Made by a program: the position numbers and the translations under genes
Part shown: positions 1 to 13,070 of the stretch, in pieces
Layout of the letters: every line of letters begins with the position of its first letter
Position numbering within the stretch: position 1 is the stretch's first letter
Notes under the pieces: model-generated
What the model saw: only the letters and a program-made list of their open reading frames with translations
Told to the model about the DNA's origin: nothing
Databases searched by the model: none
Source: Octopus sinensis
Taxonomy: Eukaryota
DNA length: 34,531 bases
Assembly: GCF_006345805.1 (NCBI RefSeq)
Contig: NW_021832304.1
Coordinates: 1 to 34,531 of the forward strand
Reading direction: 5' to 3'

Positions 1-79
1 CTATGCACATGCGCACAAACACATTGACATTCGACTACGCACAAATCTTGTTAACGTACACCCATCCGCATATACACGT

Positions 80-545
<466 letters not shown>

Positions 546-848
546 ACGCACGGGAGTTCAGATCTGGCATACCGCTAGTTGCTACTCACCTATTTCCATT
601 CGTCAAGAAATTAGGCAGCTAATTTTTCTAATTAATTCTAATTGTTGATTAATTTTCCCAGTAGAAAATTGTACATATAAATATAACCTCACCGTAATTA
701 TCGCCAGGCATCTGACGAACAAGGAGGATAAACTCTGTGTAGTGAGTGAGTTTTCAGCTTTCGGAATAAAACTTATTCTATTCTATCCCGCCGTATTGAG
801 TACTTCTTCGGACCCAACTGACTACAAATTCGCGTTAGTATTGAAGGT

Positions 849-1065
849 AAGGCAGTGAGCTGGTAGAATCGTTAGCACGCCGGGCATAATGCTTCACGGC
901 ATTACGTCCGTCTTTACGTTCTGAGTTCAAATTCCGCCGAGGTCGACGTTGCCATTCATTCTTTCAGGGTTGATAAATTAAGTTCCAATCGAGTACTGGG
1001 GTCGATGTAATCGACTAACTCCCTGCCACAAAATTTCGGGTGTTGTGCCTAAAATAGAAGAGATT
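849..1065 (+). mobile_element. tRNA-headed SINE, family B
   Basis: Head aaggcagtgagctggtagaatcgttagcacgccgggc, B-box gagttcaaattcc, core gaggtcgac..gcc(t)ttcat..tttc.ggg.tgataaattaagt. The same sequence recurs at 15543, 21623, 18355, 18655, 20068 and 26180. Confidence 0.9.
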
Positions 1066-1072
1066 ATATATA

Positions 1073-1394
1073 GTGTGAAGGCGCATAGTTCAGTTGTTAA
1101 GGTATTCGGCTCACGATTGTAAGGTCGTGAGTTCGATTCTCGGCGGCGTGTTGTGTCCTTTAGCAAGTCAATTTATTTCACATTCCAGTTCGCTCAGCTG
1201 CTAAAAAATGAGTTGTACTTGTAATTAGAAGCGTCAGCTTTATATCCTGCTCCATGCCGAATCTCTCTGAGAACTACTTTAAAGGTACGCGTGTCTGTGG
1301 AATACTCAACCATTTGCACGTTATTTTCCCGTGCAGACTGTTCCGAGGATCGGATCAAACTGGAAAACTCGTCGTCGTATCTACAGAATGCCAG
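1073..1394 (+). mobile_element. tRNA-headed SINE, family D
   Basis: A-box-like tagttcagttgtta, B-box gagttcgattctc, body gtgtcctttagcaag, tail ggatcaaactggaaaactcgtcgtcgta. Homologous to 4495-4812 and 28213-28531. Confidence 0.85.
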
Positions 1395-1442
1395 TATTAT
1401 ATATTTATGTACAGGGTACCTCATAACGGTGGTACACTTTTT

Positions 1443-1661
1443 AAGGAAGGGATGTTGAAAAGTTCCTGGCTTTGGGTAAAAGAAAATACAAGAGGATTGG
1501 TTAATTAAAATTTTAGTCAACATATTTCTCTCTCAGATTCATATACTTATTGCAGTGGTCCTTAAATTTTTCTGAGCCCTGTGAAAGAACTCGGGAAGTT
1601 GGGCCCCCAATCGGGCCTTTCGCAACGCCCTTAAAGCCAGAAACTTTTCACCACCTTTTCG
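1443..1661 (-). mobile_element. Mariner-derived MITE
   Basis: Inverted termini tgaaaagttcctggcttt / aaagccagaaacttttca. Internal sequence is the reverse complement of the copy at 17247-17437. Confidence 0.8.
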
Positions 1662-1689
1662 TGTGTACACACACACACACGCACTTTTT

Positions 1690-1757
1690 TTATTATTAAA
1701 GCTGCAAGGACATCACAAAAAACGCTACTCACGTTCCCGTTCGTCGAGCAGTTTTGA
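1690..1757 (-). mobile_element. Degenerate copy of the hammerhead-bearing Penelope-like repeat found at ~10975-11045
   Basis: ttattaaagctgcaaggacatcacaaaaaacgctactcacgttcccgttcgtcgagcagttttg matches 10972-11045 with a short deletion across GAAA/stem III. Confidence 0.7.
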
Positions 1758-1861
1758 TCAAGATGTGAGTGTGTGTGTGTGTATGCACTCTCCCCACACG
1801 TGTGTGTGTGTATACGTTTATGATTTTATTTTGCAAGATTCCTGATGTGAACCAGGAATCT

Positions 1862-2003
1862 ATGACATCCACTCACAAAGCTTTGGTCGGCTCGAGGCTA
1901 AAGCAGCAGATACTTCTTATCCAAGGTGCCAGGGAATGGGACTGATCCCGGAACTATGAGGCTGGAATGCAAACTCCTTATCACACAGCCACGCTTGCAC
2001 CTA
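1862..2003 (-). mobile_element. SINE family A, 5' half
   Basis: tccactcacaaagctttggtcggctcgaggcta...ccaaggtgccagggaatgggactgatcccggaac...cacacagccacgcttgcaccta is the reverse complement of the family A head. Confidence 0.85.
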
Positions 2004-2747
2004 AATATATAACGTAAGGTTTTTCTCTCTGAATCTTATTATGTATAAATATGTGTATGTGTGAACACATATGCCCATGTGTGTGTGTGTGTTGTGTGTG
2101 TGATTATGTATTAACGACATGCGTATTTTCGAGTCTTTATATATTTTCTGATGTACCTTTACGTTCATAAAGAAACAACAGGATCAACAACAAGAACACC
2201 AATTACTGAAATAAAATAGCAATTTTTTTCTTCTGTAATCTGCTGTTGTGAGATATGTGAGAGGCGGGCTATTGTTCCACAAACTGAAGTACTGGGGCTG
2301 TTATTTGCGTTCCCACTTAGTACCAACCGACAAAGACAACCCGTAGTCTCTCGTACCGATTTGTCAAGGATACAAGTCAACTCAATATACACGTATACAC
2401 GCAAATTTATATGTATATATATATATATATATACGTTGATGGAAGTTGATTTGGAACTAAGCAACACCAGCAGTTACGCTTCTCCCAACAACAACAACAG
2501 CAACAGCAGCAGCAGCAGCTGTAGCAATAGCAGCAACAATAACACTAACATCGAACTCAGCTCCTTTGCTCTTAGGAGATGAAACCTCTTGAGAAAGTTG
2601 TAGTAGTTTGACTAGGTTATAACACACATTAACAGCAAACAAATTGCATCTGCGCTCCATGTTTCTCTTATTATAGGTAACGCAAGCTAGCTACCTGGAT
2701 GCCAAGGTATATATTTCAGGACTTTGATTTTAGCATCTTCAAGAAAA

Positions 2748-2767
2748 TGATGATGACGATGATGATG

Positions 2768-2801
<34 letters not shown>

Positions 2802-2836
2802 TAATAATAATAATAATAATGATGATGATGATGATG

Positions 2837-2897
<61 letters not shown>

Positions 2898-2908
2898 TGA
2901 TGATGATG

Positions 2909-2947
<39 letters not shown>

Positions 2948-2963
2948 TAATAATAATATAATA
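2748..2963. repeat. (ATG)n/(ATA)n trinucleotide microsatellite
   Basis: Visible tandem repeats; the poly-Ile/Met ORFs are artefacts. Confidence 0.95.
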
Positions 2964-3589
2964 ATTGGAGTGAGAATTGCAAGTAATGCACTCTTAGCAA
3001 ATGAGCTACCAGAAAGTATTCAAATCAATTGTTAATACTTAAAAACTACTTCCTTTTAATGTTTATCTACGTTATGCGTGTTATTTTATCTTTCGTACTT
3101 AGCTTTTGGTTTCTATCAAGCTTAAACATTCGACGTATATACTACGATACTATAAATGACCATAAAACAAGTTCTAGTATATAATATTATCATTAATTCA
3201 CATTTTATAGATTTGAAAACGTTCGAAATTATTACTATTCCGCAGAGATTTTAGCATCTTACATGAGATATTCAACATGAAGAGTAAAATTAAAAGTGGA
3301 TGAAATGTTAGAGCAGCGTTTCTCAATCTTTTTGGATTCATGGTGCACCGGAGATCAAACAAAACATTACTGGCACACTTCACATGTAAAAGATATATAT
3401 ATATATATACATATACACACAAGCGCGCACACACACACAAGTATATATTGCTCAGTATGTTTTATTAGCCATGCTTGTGTAAAATAAAATTTAAAATAAC
3501 AGGTTAACAGGTTTTTCATACCACTCAAGTATTTATATGGGTTTCCTAAAGCCTTAAATTACGATTTTACAAACCTGCAATACACTTTC

Positions 3590-3739
3590 AGTGTCTCTCA
3601 CTGCTTCTTTCAATCTCTCTCCCTCCTTTCTTTCTCTCTTCCCTTGTCTTTCTCTTTCTAAAAGTATCTATTTCGTTGTCGACGTCATTTCCTTTTTGCT
3701 TGAAACCCCCTCAAGCATTCCAGCCGTGACTATCGCATC
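3590..3739 (+). repeat. Arm 1 of an inverted ~150-bp duplication (partner 5446-5610)
   Basis: Shared text ttcccttgtctttctctttctaaaagtatctatttcgttgtcgacgt.atttcctttttgcttg; both ORF translations contain SLFPCLSLSKSIYFVVDVISFLL. Confidence 0.9.
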
Positions 3740-4159
3740 AGTGCGTATAAGTAAAACATTATTATTTCCTTTGCATTGCATCCTAACCGAAGACTAGTTC
3801 TCTGGATTTGATTCTCTACTTTCCAAATAAATATTTTTTTTTGCATTTTGCTTGTGAGACTCTTGATGTGACGTTATGTGTTGAAACAAGTTTGGTTGCA
3901 TCAAAGGCGGGTCGGACCTAGGGTAGAGTGAGCTGGTAACTGATAAGGTCGTGAATGGTGACGAAAGAACTTTGACAAACGAAGCTGGTTGATTGACCAA
4001 ACGATTAATCAAACAGTCGATTAGTTAATTGTTTAAATGGTTAACCGATTGACTAAAAATAGTGAAAAAAGTGAAACAGAATCAGTGCGTGCTTTTATTA
4101 TTGACATAAAGACCCACGCAAGGTCCTACAAAATTATTACAAACCCATCACTAAAAGAA

Positions 4160-4385
4160 GTGGAGTGACAGAATCGTTAGAGAGACAGGAAAAATCCGTT
4201 GCCGTATTTGTTCCAGTTCTTTATATTCTGGTTTCAAATCCCGATAAGGTTAACTAGGCCTTTCGTCATTCTGGGTTCGAAAAAAAATAAAAACGAAGCA
4301 GTTGTCTAGAACTGGAATCGATAATATCGTACTAGCCCTCCTTGAAGAAAATGTGCTGGCCTTGTGCCTCAATAACAAACAATTA
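4160..4385 (+). mobile_element. SINE family B, old diverged copy
   Basis: tgacagaatcgttag...ggtttcaaatcc...gcctttcgtcattctggg...gctggccttgtgcc. Confidence 0.7.
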
Positions 4386-4494
4386 CTTTACTACATTAAT
4401 TGTGGGTTCTTTAGTTCGTAGGTATAAACCAAAACCTTTTCTGCCGGAATACGAAGAACAGTCATATCATGAGTGAAAAGTATTAATAACCATC

Positions 4495-4812
4495 GAAGGC
4501 GCTTAGCTTAGCGGTTAGTGTATTCGGCTTACGATCTTAAGTTTGTGAGTTCCATTCCCGGTGGCGCGTTGAGTGCTTGAGCAAGACACTTTATTTCATG
4601 TTGCTCCAGTTCACTCAGCAAGCAAAAATGAATTGCGTCTGTATTTCATTGGGCCGGTCTGAGTCTGAGCCATGCTGAGTCTTACAGAGAATTACATTAA
4701 GGGTATGCGTGTCTGTGAAGTACTCAGCCACTTGCGCGTTAATTTCGCGAGCAGGCTCTTCTTTTTATCGCATCAAGTGGAATCCTCGTCGTTGTAACCG
4801 ACGGAGTACCAG
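4495..4812 (+). mobile_element. SINE family D
   Basis: gaaggcgcttagcttagcggttag...cttgagcaagacactttatttcatgttgctccagttcactcagc...ctcgtcgttgtaaccgacggagtacca. Confidence 0.85.
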
Positions 4813-5445
4813 TTAATCATCATCACAATAAATCGAAATTAAAGTGACATTAATGAACAAATGCAACATTATAATTATACAGTCTAATGACGAAATGGAT
4901 TAATGTTTCACTTCCGGCTGATGTAATGTATGCACATATACAGCTGCAGATGTTTCGTAGTATCCGATGGCAAACAATCTCATTTTATTTGATTCTATAA
5001 AAAATAAGACATAACCAAAAGCACAAAAGACTAATGGCGAAAACAACAACAACAACAACAACACCAACAAAACCAAACAAAATGGTTCTTGCGTAATTTA
5101 AAAATTGTAAGTGTTTAGAATTTGTCTTTGGAGAATTATTATAACGTGTTATCTTCCCACTGAGCTTCAACGATTTATAACTGCCGCGAGAATTTCATAA
5201 TTTGGCATGACATTTCTTAATTTAGTTGGAATTCACAAAATACCTGAGATATTTTAATGCCGAGAAATAGTTGCACTAGAAATTAAGAAATTCCTCTAAG
5301 GGGAGAAGGGTGGTTGGATTTGTGTGGATGTTTAAAGCAGCTAGAAATAGCAGCAATCGAATCTCTCTGAAATTTTACAGAGTAATGTTTTAAAGAGGAC
5401 AGGTATAATGGAGAATGTAGTTGGAGTGAAATTTATGTCTGAAAA

Positions 5446-5545
5446 GATGAGATAGTCACGGCTGGAGTGCTTGACGGGGTTACAAGCAAAAAGGAAATAA
5501 CGTCGACAACGAAATAGATACTTTTAGAAAGAGAAAGACAAGGGA

Positions 5546-5576
<31 letters not shown>

Positions 5577-5610
5577 AGAGAGATTGATAGAGGCAGTGAA
5601 AGACACAGTG
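5446..5610 (-). repeat. Arm 2 of the inverted duplication (partner 3590-3739), grading into a (GA)n-rich tract
   Basis: Reverse complement of 3590-3739 with a longer (GA)n run. Confidence 0.9.
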
Positions 5611-5781
5611 AGAGAGAGATGGAAGAAAAGAGAGAATGAGTGTGAAAGAGAGCGAGGGAGAGCGAATGTAAAACAAAAAGCGGGTGAAGGAGACAGTGAG
5701 AAAGAGACATAATGAAACAAAGGGGAGAAAAGAGAGAGACAGAATGAGAATCATTCTGACAGAAACAGTGAGTGAGTGAGT

Positions 5782-5820
<39 letters not shown>

Positions 5821-6061
5821 AAGAGAGTATTTGGTAATCCAGTCTTTTATAATTATGTATAGTACCATTTCATTCTTATTGCAAATCATCAGCATGCCGT
5901 AACCCGAAGTAAATAGATTAAATTAAGCTGAAACTTTTGCGAAGCGAAACATTTCTTATAAATGGAAAATAATTACAGCCTGGAAGACATTCATAGAAGG
6001 CATGGCTTCGTTTCCTTTTCTTCATAAAGAGTTAATATTTTAGTAATCGAAAGATTTTAGT

Positions 6062-6330
6062 AATTCCAGAAGTTTTGAGACTCTTTTGGGAAAGACATTC
6101 ATTAATTTCAAAGTGAACCCCCCCCCCAAAAAAAAAAAACTCTATTCTCCTTTAAAGCAGGATCTTCTGATTTCAATGTACTTGTTGCAATCCAATCACT
6201 TCATGAAGGCCATATATGGAAGTCCTCCAAAATTGAAAGTGTCCAGGACCATTGTCCTTCATCTTCTCAGCGTCTTCAAAACGACCGCTCCTGAGGTTCT
6301 CTTTCAGCTTGAGGAACAACCAAAAGTCAC
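6062..6330 (-). mobile_element. Tc1/mariner transposase C-terminal relic with probable 3' end
   Basis: Minus strand reads DFWLFLKLKENLRSGRFEDAEKMKD...CNKYIEIRRSCFKGE* with frameshifts. This matches the mariner (YSPDLAPC)DFWLFPKLK...KCIE.RG.YFEG C-terminus. Confidence 0.8.
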
Positions 6331-6505
6331 TTAGCGGTTCGGCAAAAGAGGCCGATAGAATAAGTACTAGGCTTACAAAGAATAAGTACTGAGGTCGATT
6401 TGTTCGACTAAAGGCGGTGCTCCAGCATGGCTGCAGTCAAAATGACTGAAACAAATAAAAGAATAAAAGAATAGAAGAATAAAAGAATAGAAGAATAGAA
6501 GAATA
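6328..6505 (+). mobile_element. SINE family A, 3' half with (AAAAGAAT/AGAAGAAT)n tail
   Basis: cacttagcggttcggcaaaagaggccgatagaataagtactaggcttacaaag...aaggcggtgctccagcatggctgcagtcaaaatgactgaaac. Confidence 0.9.
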
Positions 6506-6577
6506 CAAAAGTCGTCATCCAGGAAACTGCGAATTTTCTCAACCAGTTCTGATGTTTTGACGAATCCCCTCCCACAT

Positions 6578-6737
6578 CTTTAGTCGAGCAAATCGACCCC
6601 AGGACTTATTATGCAAGAGAGACCGATAGAATAAGTACTAGGCTTACAAAGAATGCGTCCTGGGGTCGATTTGCTCGACTAAAGGCGGTGCTCCAGCATG
6701 GCCATAGTCAAATGACTGAAACAAATAAAAGAGTAAA
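6578..6737 (+). mobile_element. SINE family A 3' fragment preceded by a short inverted piece of itself (6578-6611)
   Basis: ctttagtcgagcaaatcgaccccaggac is the reverse complement of gtcctggggtcgatttgctcgactaaag at ~6657-6684. Confidence 0.85.
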
Positions 6738-6805
6738 GGGTATATCTTTATAATACATGCACACACGCACGCACACACACATATACATATATAGGTATGT
6801 ATACA

Positions 6806-6897
<92 letters not shown>

Positions 6898-7025
6898 AAC
6901 TTGGAGAAGAGAATAGAGAAATAACGAGTGCGTTCGGTCATATAGTAATATAATAAATAAATAAAATATATGCATATATACATACATATATGTACATACT
7001 TACATCTACATGTATATATACATGC

Positions 7026-7055
<30 letters not shown>

Positions 7056-7056
<1 letters not shown>

Positions 7057-8191
7057 GAGTACAGGACACCACAAATAAACGTGGAACACCACGAGAGACG
7101 AGAACATAAAATCAAACAAGGAACGGACTTTTTTTTAACACAACGAAAAACAGAGTACATACAGGACAACAATACAAGGAAAATTCCCCTTCATCAGCTG
7201 TCCCTATTTCGACTCAAAGTGTGTTTCGAAGGTAAAGGCAGAACACAGTCGAAGCAATCCTTCCTGCAAAAGGAATTAAATAAAATATATATTGTTATGA
7301 AGGTCAATTTAAGGACAGTGGTTGCGACCTACTTTTTCGAATAGATCCATTGTCCTGTCAGATTCAGGTGGATTGATTAGTTCTAGGGAGACTTGCGACC
7401 CTTTACAGGTGAAAGAAAGTTCGAGGAAACCCCTTAAAAAGCAGGGAGATGTGAGTCTGTTAGACAGTCGGCCGGCAACTCTGCGAGAGACGGGACAGCT
7501 GAGGACAGAGCAAGTAGTAGTAGGTTTTCTCTGTTGTGACAGTAACCGGAGGAGGAGGACAGGCAGATGGGATTACGGCTTGAGGCGGCGACGGCGTAAG
7601 GGAAGACAGACAGATGGTATTACAGATGGAACTAGGAGAGAGGGACTACGGTGTAAGGCATTGGCTGTTGTACGGTATGTGTTTACTTATGTCAGATATG
7701 TTAAAAAAGCAGGAAAAAGAAATGTAAAAGAATTGATGTGTTACAAAGAACAGTGCTAAAGAAATTATGAAGGACATTGTGAATTGTGTTGATATATGAA
7801 TTAAGTAAAAGACTTGTTGAAAAAGGAAAGAAAAGGACTTTAATGTGATTTGATCTGAACTTATTTGTCTATGAACTGTATCGTTAATGTGAACATTATT
7901 TGTTTTGATTCGACGTGTACTGTTTAAATGCTGCTTTGTTGTGTCTTGCATGTATTTTCTTTGAATTATTTGATGTTGTAATAATTGTATAAACTGTTGT
8001 TAAATGTAGCCAATTGCCTTCCGCCGTCTCTCTCTGTATCTCTTCCTGTTTGTTGTTGTTTTTATCTCTCTCCTATTTGAGTTCTGTGGCGAATTCTCCG
8101 TTCGACTGAGCCTGGTCAATCGTCGTCGCTCGACTTGGTAGGGTCCCGGGTTTTTCCCGAAGAGTTTGAGCGACGGCAGGTGGGATTCTGT

Positions 8192-8195
<4 letters not shown>
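7056..8195. mobile_element. Unclassified 1.14-kb element with TG...CA termini inserted in (TA)n (solo-LTR-like or Penelope-related)
   Basis: Complex sequence bounded on both sides by (TA)n. It starts TGAGTACAG and ends CTGTAACA (imperfect inverted termini). No recognisable protein. Confidence 0.55.
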
Positions 8196-8255
<60 letters not shown>

Positions 8256-8277
8256 TATATACTATATATATATATAC

Positions 8278-8672
8278 AGCAGTTGGGTGTGTGGTATAGT
8301 TGCTTACCAACCACATGGTTCCGGGTTCAGTCCCACTGCGTGGCATCTTGGGCAAGTGTCTTCTGCTATAGCCTCGGGCCGTCCAGTGCCTTGTGAGTGG
8401 ATTTGGTAGACGGAAACTGAAAAAGTCTGTCGTATATATGTATATATATGTGTGTGTATATGCTTGTGTGTCTGTGTTTGTCCCCCCACCATCGCTTGAC
8501 AACCGATGCTGGTGTGTTTACGTCCCCGTCACTTAGCGGTTCGGCAAAAAGAGACCGATAGAATAAGTACTAGGCTTACAAAGAATAAGTCCCGGGGTCG
8601 ATTTGCTCGACTAAAGAAGGTGTTCCAGCATGGCCGCAGTCAAATGACTGAAACAAGTAAAAGAGTAAAAAA
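8278..8672 (+). mobile_element. SINE family A, near full length
   Basis: tRNA-like head (B-box-like gggttcagtccc), cttgggcaagtgtctt, internal (TA/TG)n, tail gactgaaacaagtaaaagagtaaaa. Confidence 0.92.
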
Positions 8673-8673
8673 G

Positions 8674-8704
<31 letters not shown>

Positions 8705-9370
8705 ATCTATCCAACCATCCATCATCTATCTATCTATCTTTCGTGCTATGATTAGAAGCGATGCATGTTGTCAGCATCTCCATCTCGAGACGAATAGTAC
8801 AGGTCACTTTGAAATCCTAGTCATAGTTTGTGTTTATTGCGCAATTATTTGAAACGTACGTTTCAAGTGATTTCAAAATGTCTCTATGTATTTTGACTCC
8901 ATTTTGTGCGTATGTGTGTATGTGTATGTATATATGTGCGTATAACCATCTTTCTATCTCTCCCCCTCTCTCTGTCATATGTATACAATACATGTATGCA
9001 GGCATGTACACACACACACACACACACACGTATATATATGTGTACTTCTCGAGGCATGTACGTCTTCCGATTTCTCAATTTTAACGCCATGAACGCTTCA
9101 TTTGCGTGCTCGTCTAATATTTTCTCTTTTCTTTATACTCTCACTCTGTATATTTCTCTCTCCTTCTCTCTTGGTCATCAGTTTCAATTATCACCCCTTA
9201 ACTTTTATTACTCAAAGGAGTCATATAAACACTTTTTCTCCCATTCTCTTTATCACATTATTTTACTTTCCTATAATCTCCTTCGTTGTCGATTAGTTTC
9301 TTGCTGTTTTCTATGAAGAAATTTACTCAAATTCAATGTCTAAAAAAAAAAAACGAAAGAAAAAAGGGAA

Positions 9371-9760
9371 AGGAGGAGTAGCTGTGTGGTAAGTAGCTTG
9401 CTTACCAACCACATGGTTCCGGGTTCAGTCCCACTGTGTGGCACCTTGGGCGAGTGTCTTCTACTATAGCCTCGGGCCGACCAAAGCCTTGTGAGTGGAT
9501 TTGGTAGACGGTAACTGAAAGAAGCCCGTCGTATATATGCATACATATATATATATGCGTGTGTGTGTTTGTGTGTCTGTGTTTGTCCCCCTAGCATTGC
9601 TTGACGACCGATGCTGGTGTGTTTATGTCCCCGTTACCTAGCGGTTCGGTAAAAGAGACCGATAGAATAAGTACTGAGCTTACAAAAGAATAAGTCCCGG
9701 GGTCGAGTTGCTCGAATAAAGGCGGTGCTCCAGCATGGCCGCAGTCAAATGACTGAAACA
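9371..9760 (+). mobile_element. SINE family A, full length
   Basis: Co-linear and highly similar to 8278-8672. Confidence 0.92.
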
Positions 9761-10029
9761 ATAACACATTAAAATAAATACATCTACGTTATTCTGCAGA
9801 TCTGTCGGTGATTTTCATCAAATTAATATGGATAACCAAGCACAAAGATAGACGTGACGCAAGCTCATTTTATATGATCGGCTTATATGCATATACATAA
9901 ACATACATATATATGTACACATATTTTCATCCATACACACACACACACACACACACACATATTTGCATACATACTCATGCACACGCACACACACACACAC
10001 ATAACCCCACACTCACACACATGTATTAC

Positions 10030-10336
10030 TTTTATCTTTCGTCTGTTACTTGTTTCAATCATTGGACTGCAGCCATGCTACGGCAATGGCCTCGATAGGT
10101 TTTAGTCGAACTTGATTTAAAAAAAAAACCTGGCTCTTATTCTGTCGGTAACTTTTGCCGAACCGATAAGTAACAGGAACAAAAATGAGCCAGCGTCGAT
10201 TACGTAGCAGCAGTTAGGGAAAACCCCAAACCCAAACCCAAACACACACACACACACATGATCTCTTTCTTCCTTTCTTCCTTTCTTTCTTTTCTTTCTT
10301 TTTCTTCTTTCTTTCTTTCTTTCTTTCTTTTTCTTC

Positions 10337-10372
<36 letters not shown>

Positions 10373-10580
10373 TCCTTTGTTTCTTTGTTTCTTTTCTTCC
10401 TTTCTCTCTCTCTCTCTCACAATGGATTCTTTCAGTATCCGTCTACGAAATTTACCCACAGTGCTTTGATCAGCAGGGGCTAAATAGAAGACACTTTACA
10501 AGGTACCATGCAGTAGGCTGAACCCCAACCGAGTGTTTGGGAAGCAAACATCTTAACACACCGCCACGCCCCTGCGCGTG
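10030..10580 (-). mobile_element. SINE family A, diverged, with an internal (TTTC)n expansion
   Basis: ttacttgtttcaatcattggactgcagccatgct at the left and agaagacactttacaaggtaccatgcagt...caccgccacgcccctgcgc at the right. Confidence 0.8.
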
Positions 10581-10586
10581 CGCCCA

Positions 10587-11152
<566 letters not shown>

Positions 11153-11302
11153 AGGTATATATATATATATATATATATATACTTTATCAAAAAGCAGCAA
11201 AAATATCAAAAAAACTTACTCGGACAGTTTTGCCCTAACCACTGGGTCATTGCACCTCCACACATACATACACATACATATATATATATGTGTATGTGTG
11301 GA

Positions 11303-11340
<38 letters not shown>

Positions 11341-11357
11341 TATATATATATATATAT

Positions 11358-11627
11358 GTGGAGGCCCAGTGGTTAGGGCAGCGGACTCGCGGTCGTAGGA
11401 TCTCGATTTCGATTCCCAGACCGGGCGTTTGTGTGTTCATTGAGCGAAAACACCTAAAAGCTCCACGATGCTCCGGCAGGGGGTGGTGATCCCTGCTGTA
11501 CTCTTTCACCACTCTTTCTCTCGCTCTTCTGTTGGCCTGCTCGCTTAGCCAGCGGGGTGGCATCATTCTAAGGCTAAAACAATGCGAACGCATTGTGATG
11601 GTCTGGTCGGTCACGTGATCACGTGAT
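11358..11627 (+). mobile_element. tRNA-headed SINE, family E
   Basis: ggcccagtggttagggcagcggactcgcggtcgtagg..tttcgattcccagaccgggcg head. Tail ttggcctgctcgcttagccagcggggtggc...ggtcggtcacgtgatcacgtgata is shared with 17799-17922. Confidence 0.85.
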
Positions 11628-11667
11628 ATATGTATGTGTATGTATGTATGTATGTATCTTTATATAA

Positions 11668-11930
11668 GGACTCCTTTCGGTCAGTATTGACTATGGGATT
11701 GCACCCAAAAAGTTACCCTCCGAGTCAAGCAGTCGCCCATGAATAGCTTCTCCTAGCTCCCGATGTTATCCAAGGTAAAGGCTGTTACAGCTTGGCATCA
11801 GTTACGTCGCGGTTCATTTATACAGCCCCTAGAGCAACGTGAAATAAAGTGTCTTTCTCAAGAACACAACACACACCCCGGTCCGGGAATTGAACTCACT
11901 ACTTCATGATAGCGAGTCCGACGCTAAACA
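11668..11930 (-). mobile_element. tRNA-headed SINE, family C
   Basis: Minus strand gagttcaattcccggaccgggg.gtgtgttgtgttcttgagaaagacactttatttcacgttgctc shares head and body with family D but has a different tail (gagggtaacttttgggtgcaatcccatagtca). Confidence 0.75.
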
Positions 11931-12026
11931 TATGAGTATGTTACCACACAGCCATTCCTGCGGCTATATATATGTTATATATCTTTGAGTAGTGTGTGTG
12001 TGTGTTGTATATGTACATAACATATG

Positions 12027-12071
<45 letters not shown>

Positions 12072-12201
12072 GTGTGTGTGTGTGGTGTTGTGTGTGTGTG
12101 TGTGTTGTATATGTGCATAACATATGTTTTATATATATATATATAACATATGTTTGTACATATACAACACACACACACACACATACACACACTACTCAAA
12201 G

Positions 12202-12242
<41 letters not shown>

Positions 12243-12243
<1 letters not shown>

Positions 12244-12300
12244 CCGCAGGAGGGACTATGTGGTAAGTAGCTTGCTTACCAATCACATGGTTCCGGATTC
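12243..12300 (+). mobile_element. SINE family A head fragment
   Basis: gcaggagggactatgtggtaagtagcttgcttaccaatcacatggttccggattca. Confidence 0.8.
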
Positions 12301-12591
12301 ATACACATATGTATGTATGCATACTCATATGTTTTTTGTGAAAAAAATATAATGGTTATGGACAATGTGTCTAATTTCGGCATATTTGGCATTACAAATT
12401 TTTTCGTTTGGCCCTTATTTATAAGTTGTTTATAAATTTAACTTTAAAGGTATTTTTAATATGCTACATTAAAAATAATATCCTACATTAAATATAATAT
12501 ATATATATATATATATAGATATATATTATATTTATATATAACATATGTTTGTATATATATTCTCATATGTTTTATATATAATAGTTCTTGT

Positions 12592-13008
12592 TATTCTTTT
12601 ATTCTTTTAACTGTTTTTAGTCATTTGACTGTGGACATGCTGGAACACCGCCTTTAGTCGAGCAAATCGACCCCAAGACTTATTCTTTGTAAGCCTAGTA
12701 CTTATTCTATTGGTCTCTTTTGCTAAATCGCTAGGTTACGGGGAAGTAAACACGCCAGCATTGGTTGTCAAGTGATGTTGGTGGAGGGGTGGGGACAAAC
12801 ACAGACTCATAAACATACACACACACACCACACACGCACACATATACGTATGTGTGTGTTTCAGTTTCCGTCTAACAAATCTACTCTCAAGGCTTTAGTC
12901 CGCCCGGGCTATAGTAGAAAACACTTGCCCTAGGTGCCACGCAGTGGGACTGAACCTAGAACCACGTGGTTGGTATGCAAGCTACTTAGCACCAGCTACT
13001 CATGCGGC
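12592..13008 (-). mobile_element. SINE family A, full length
   Basis: Reverse complement of 9371-9760 throughout. Confidence 0.9.
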
Positions 13009-13013
13009 TATTA

Positions 13014-13070
<57 letters not shown>

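Noticed and set aside
6455-6505. CRISPR-like short repeats
   Set aside because: 8-nt tandem SINE tail with no spacers, in a eukaryotic context.
8278-8345. tRNA genes at SINE heads
   Set aside because: A/B-box-like motifs only, no complete cloverleaf, and each continues into a SINE body.
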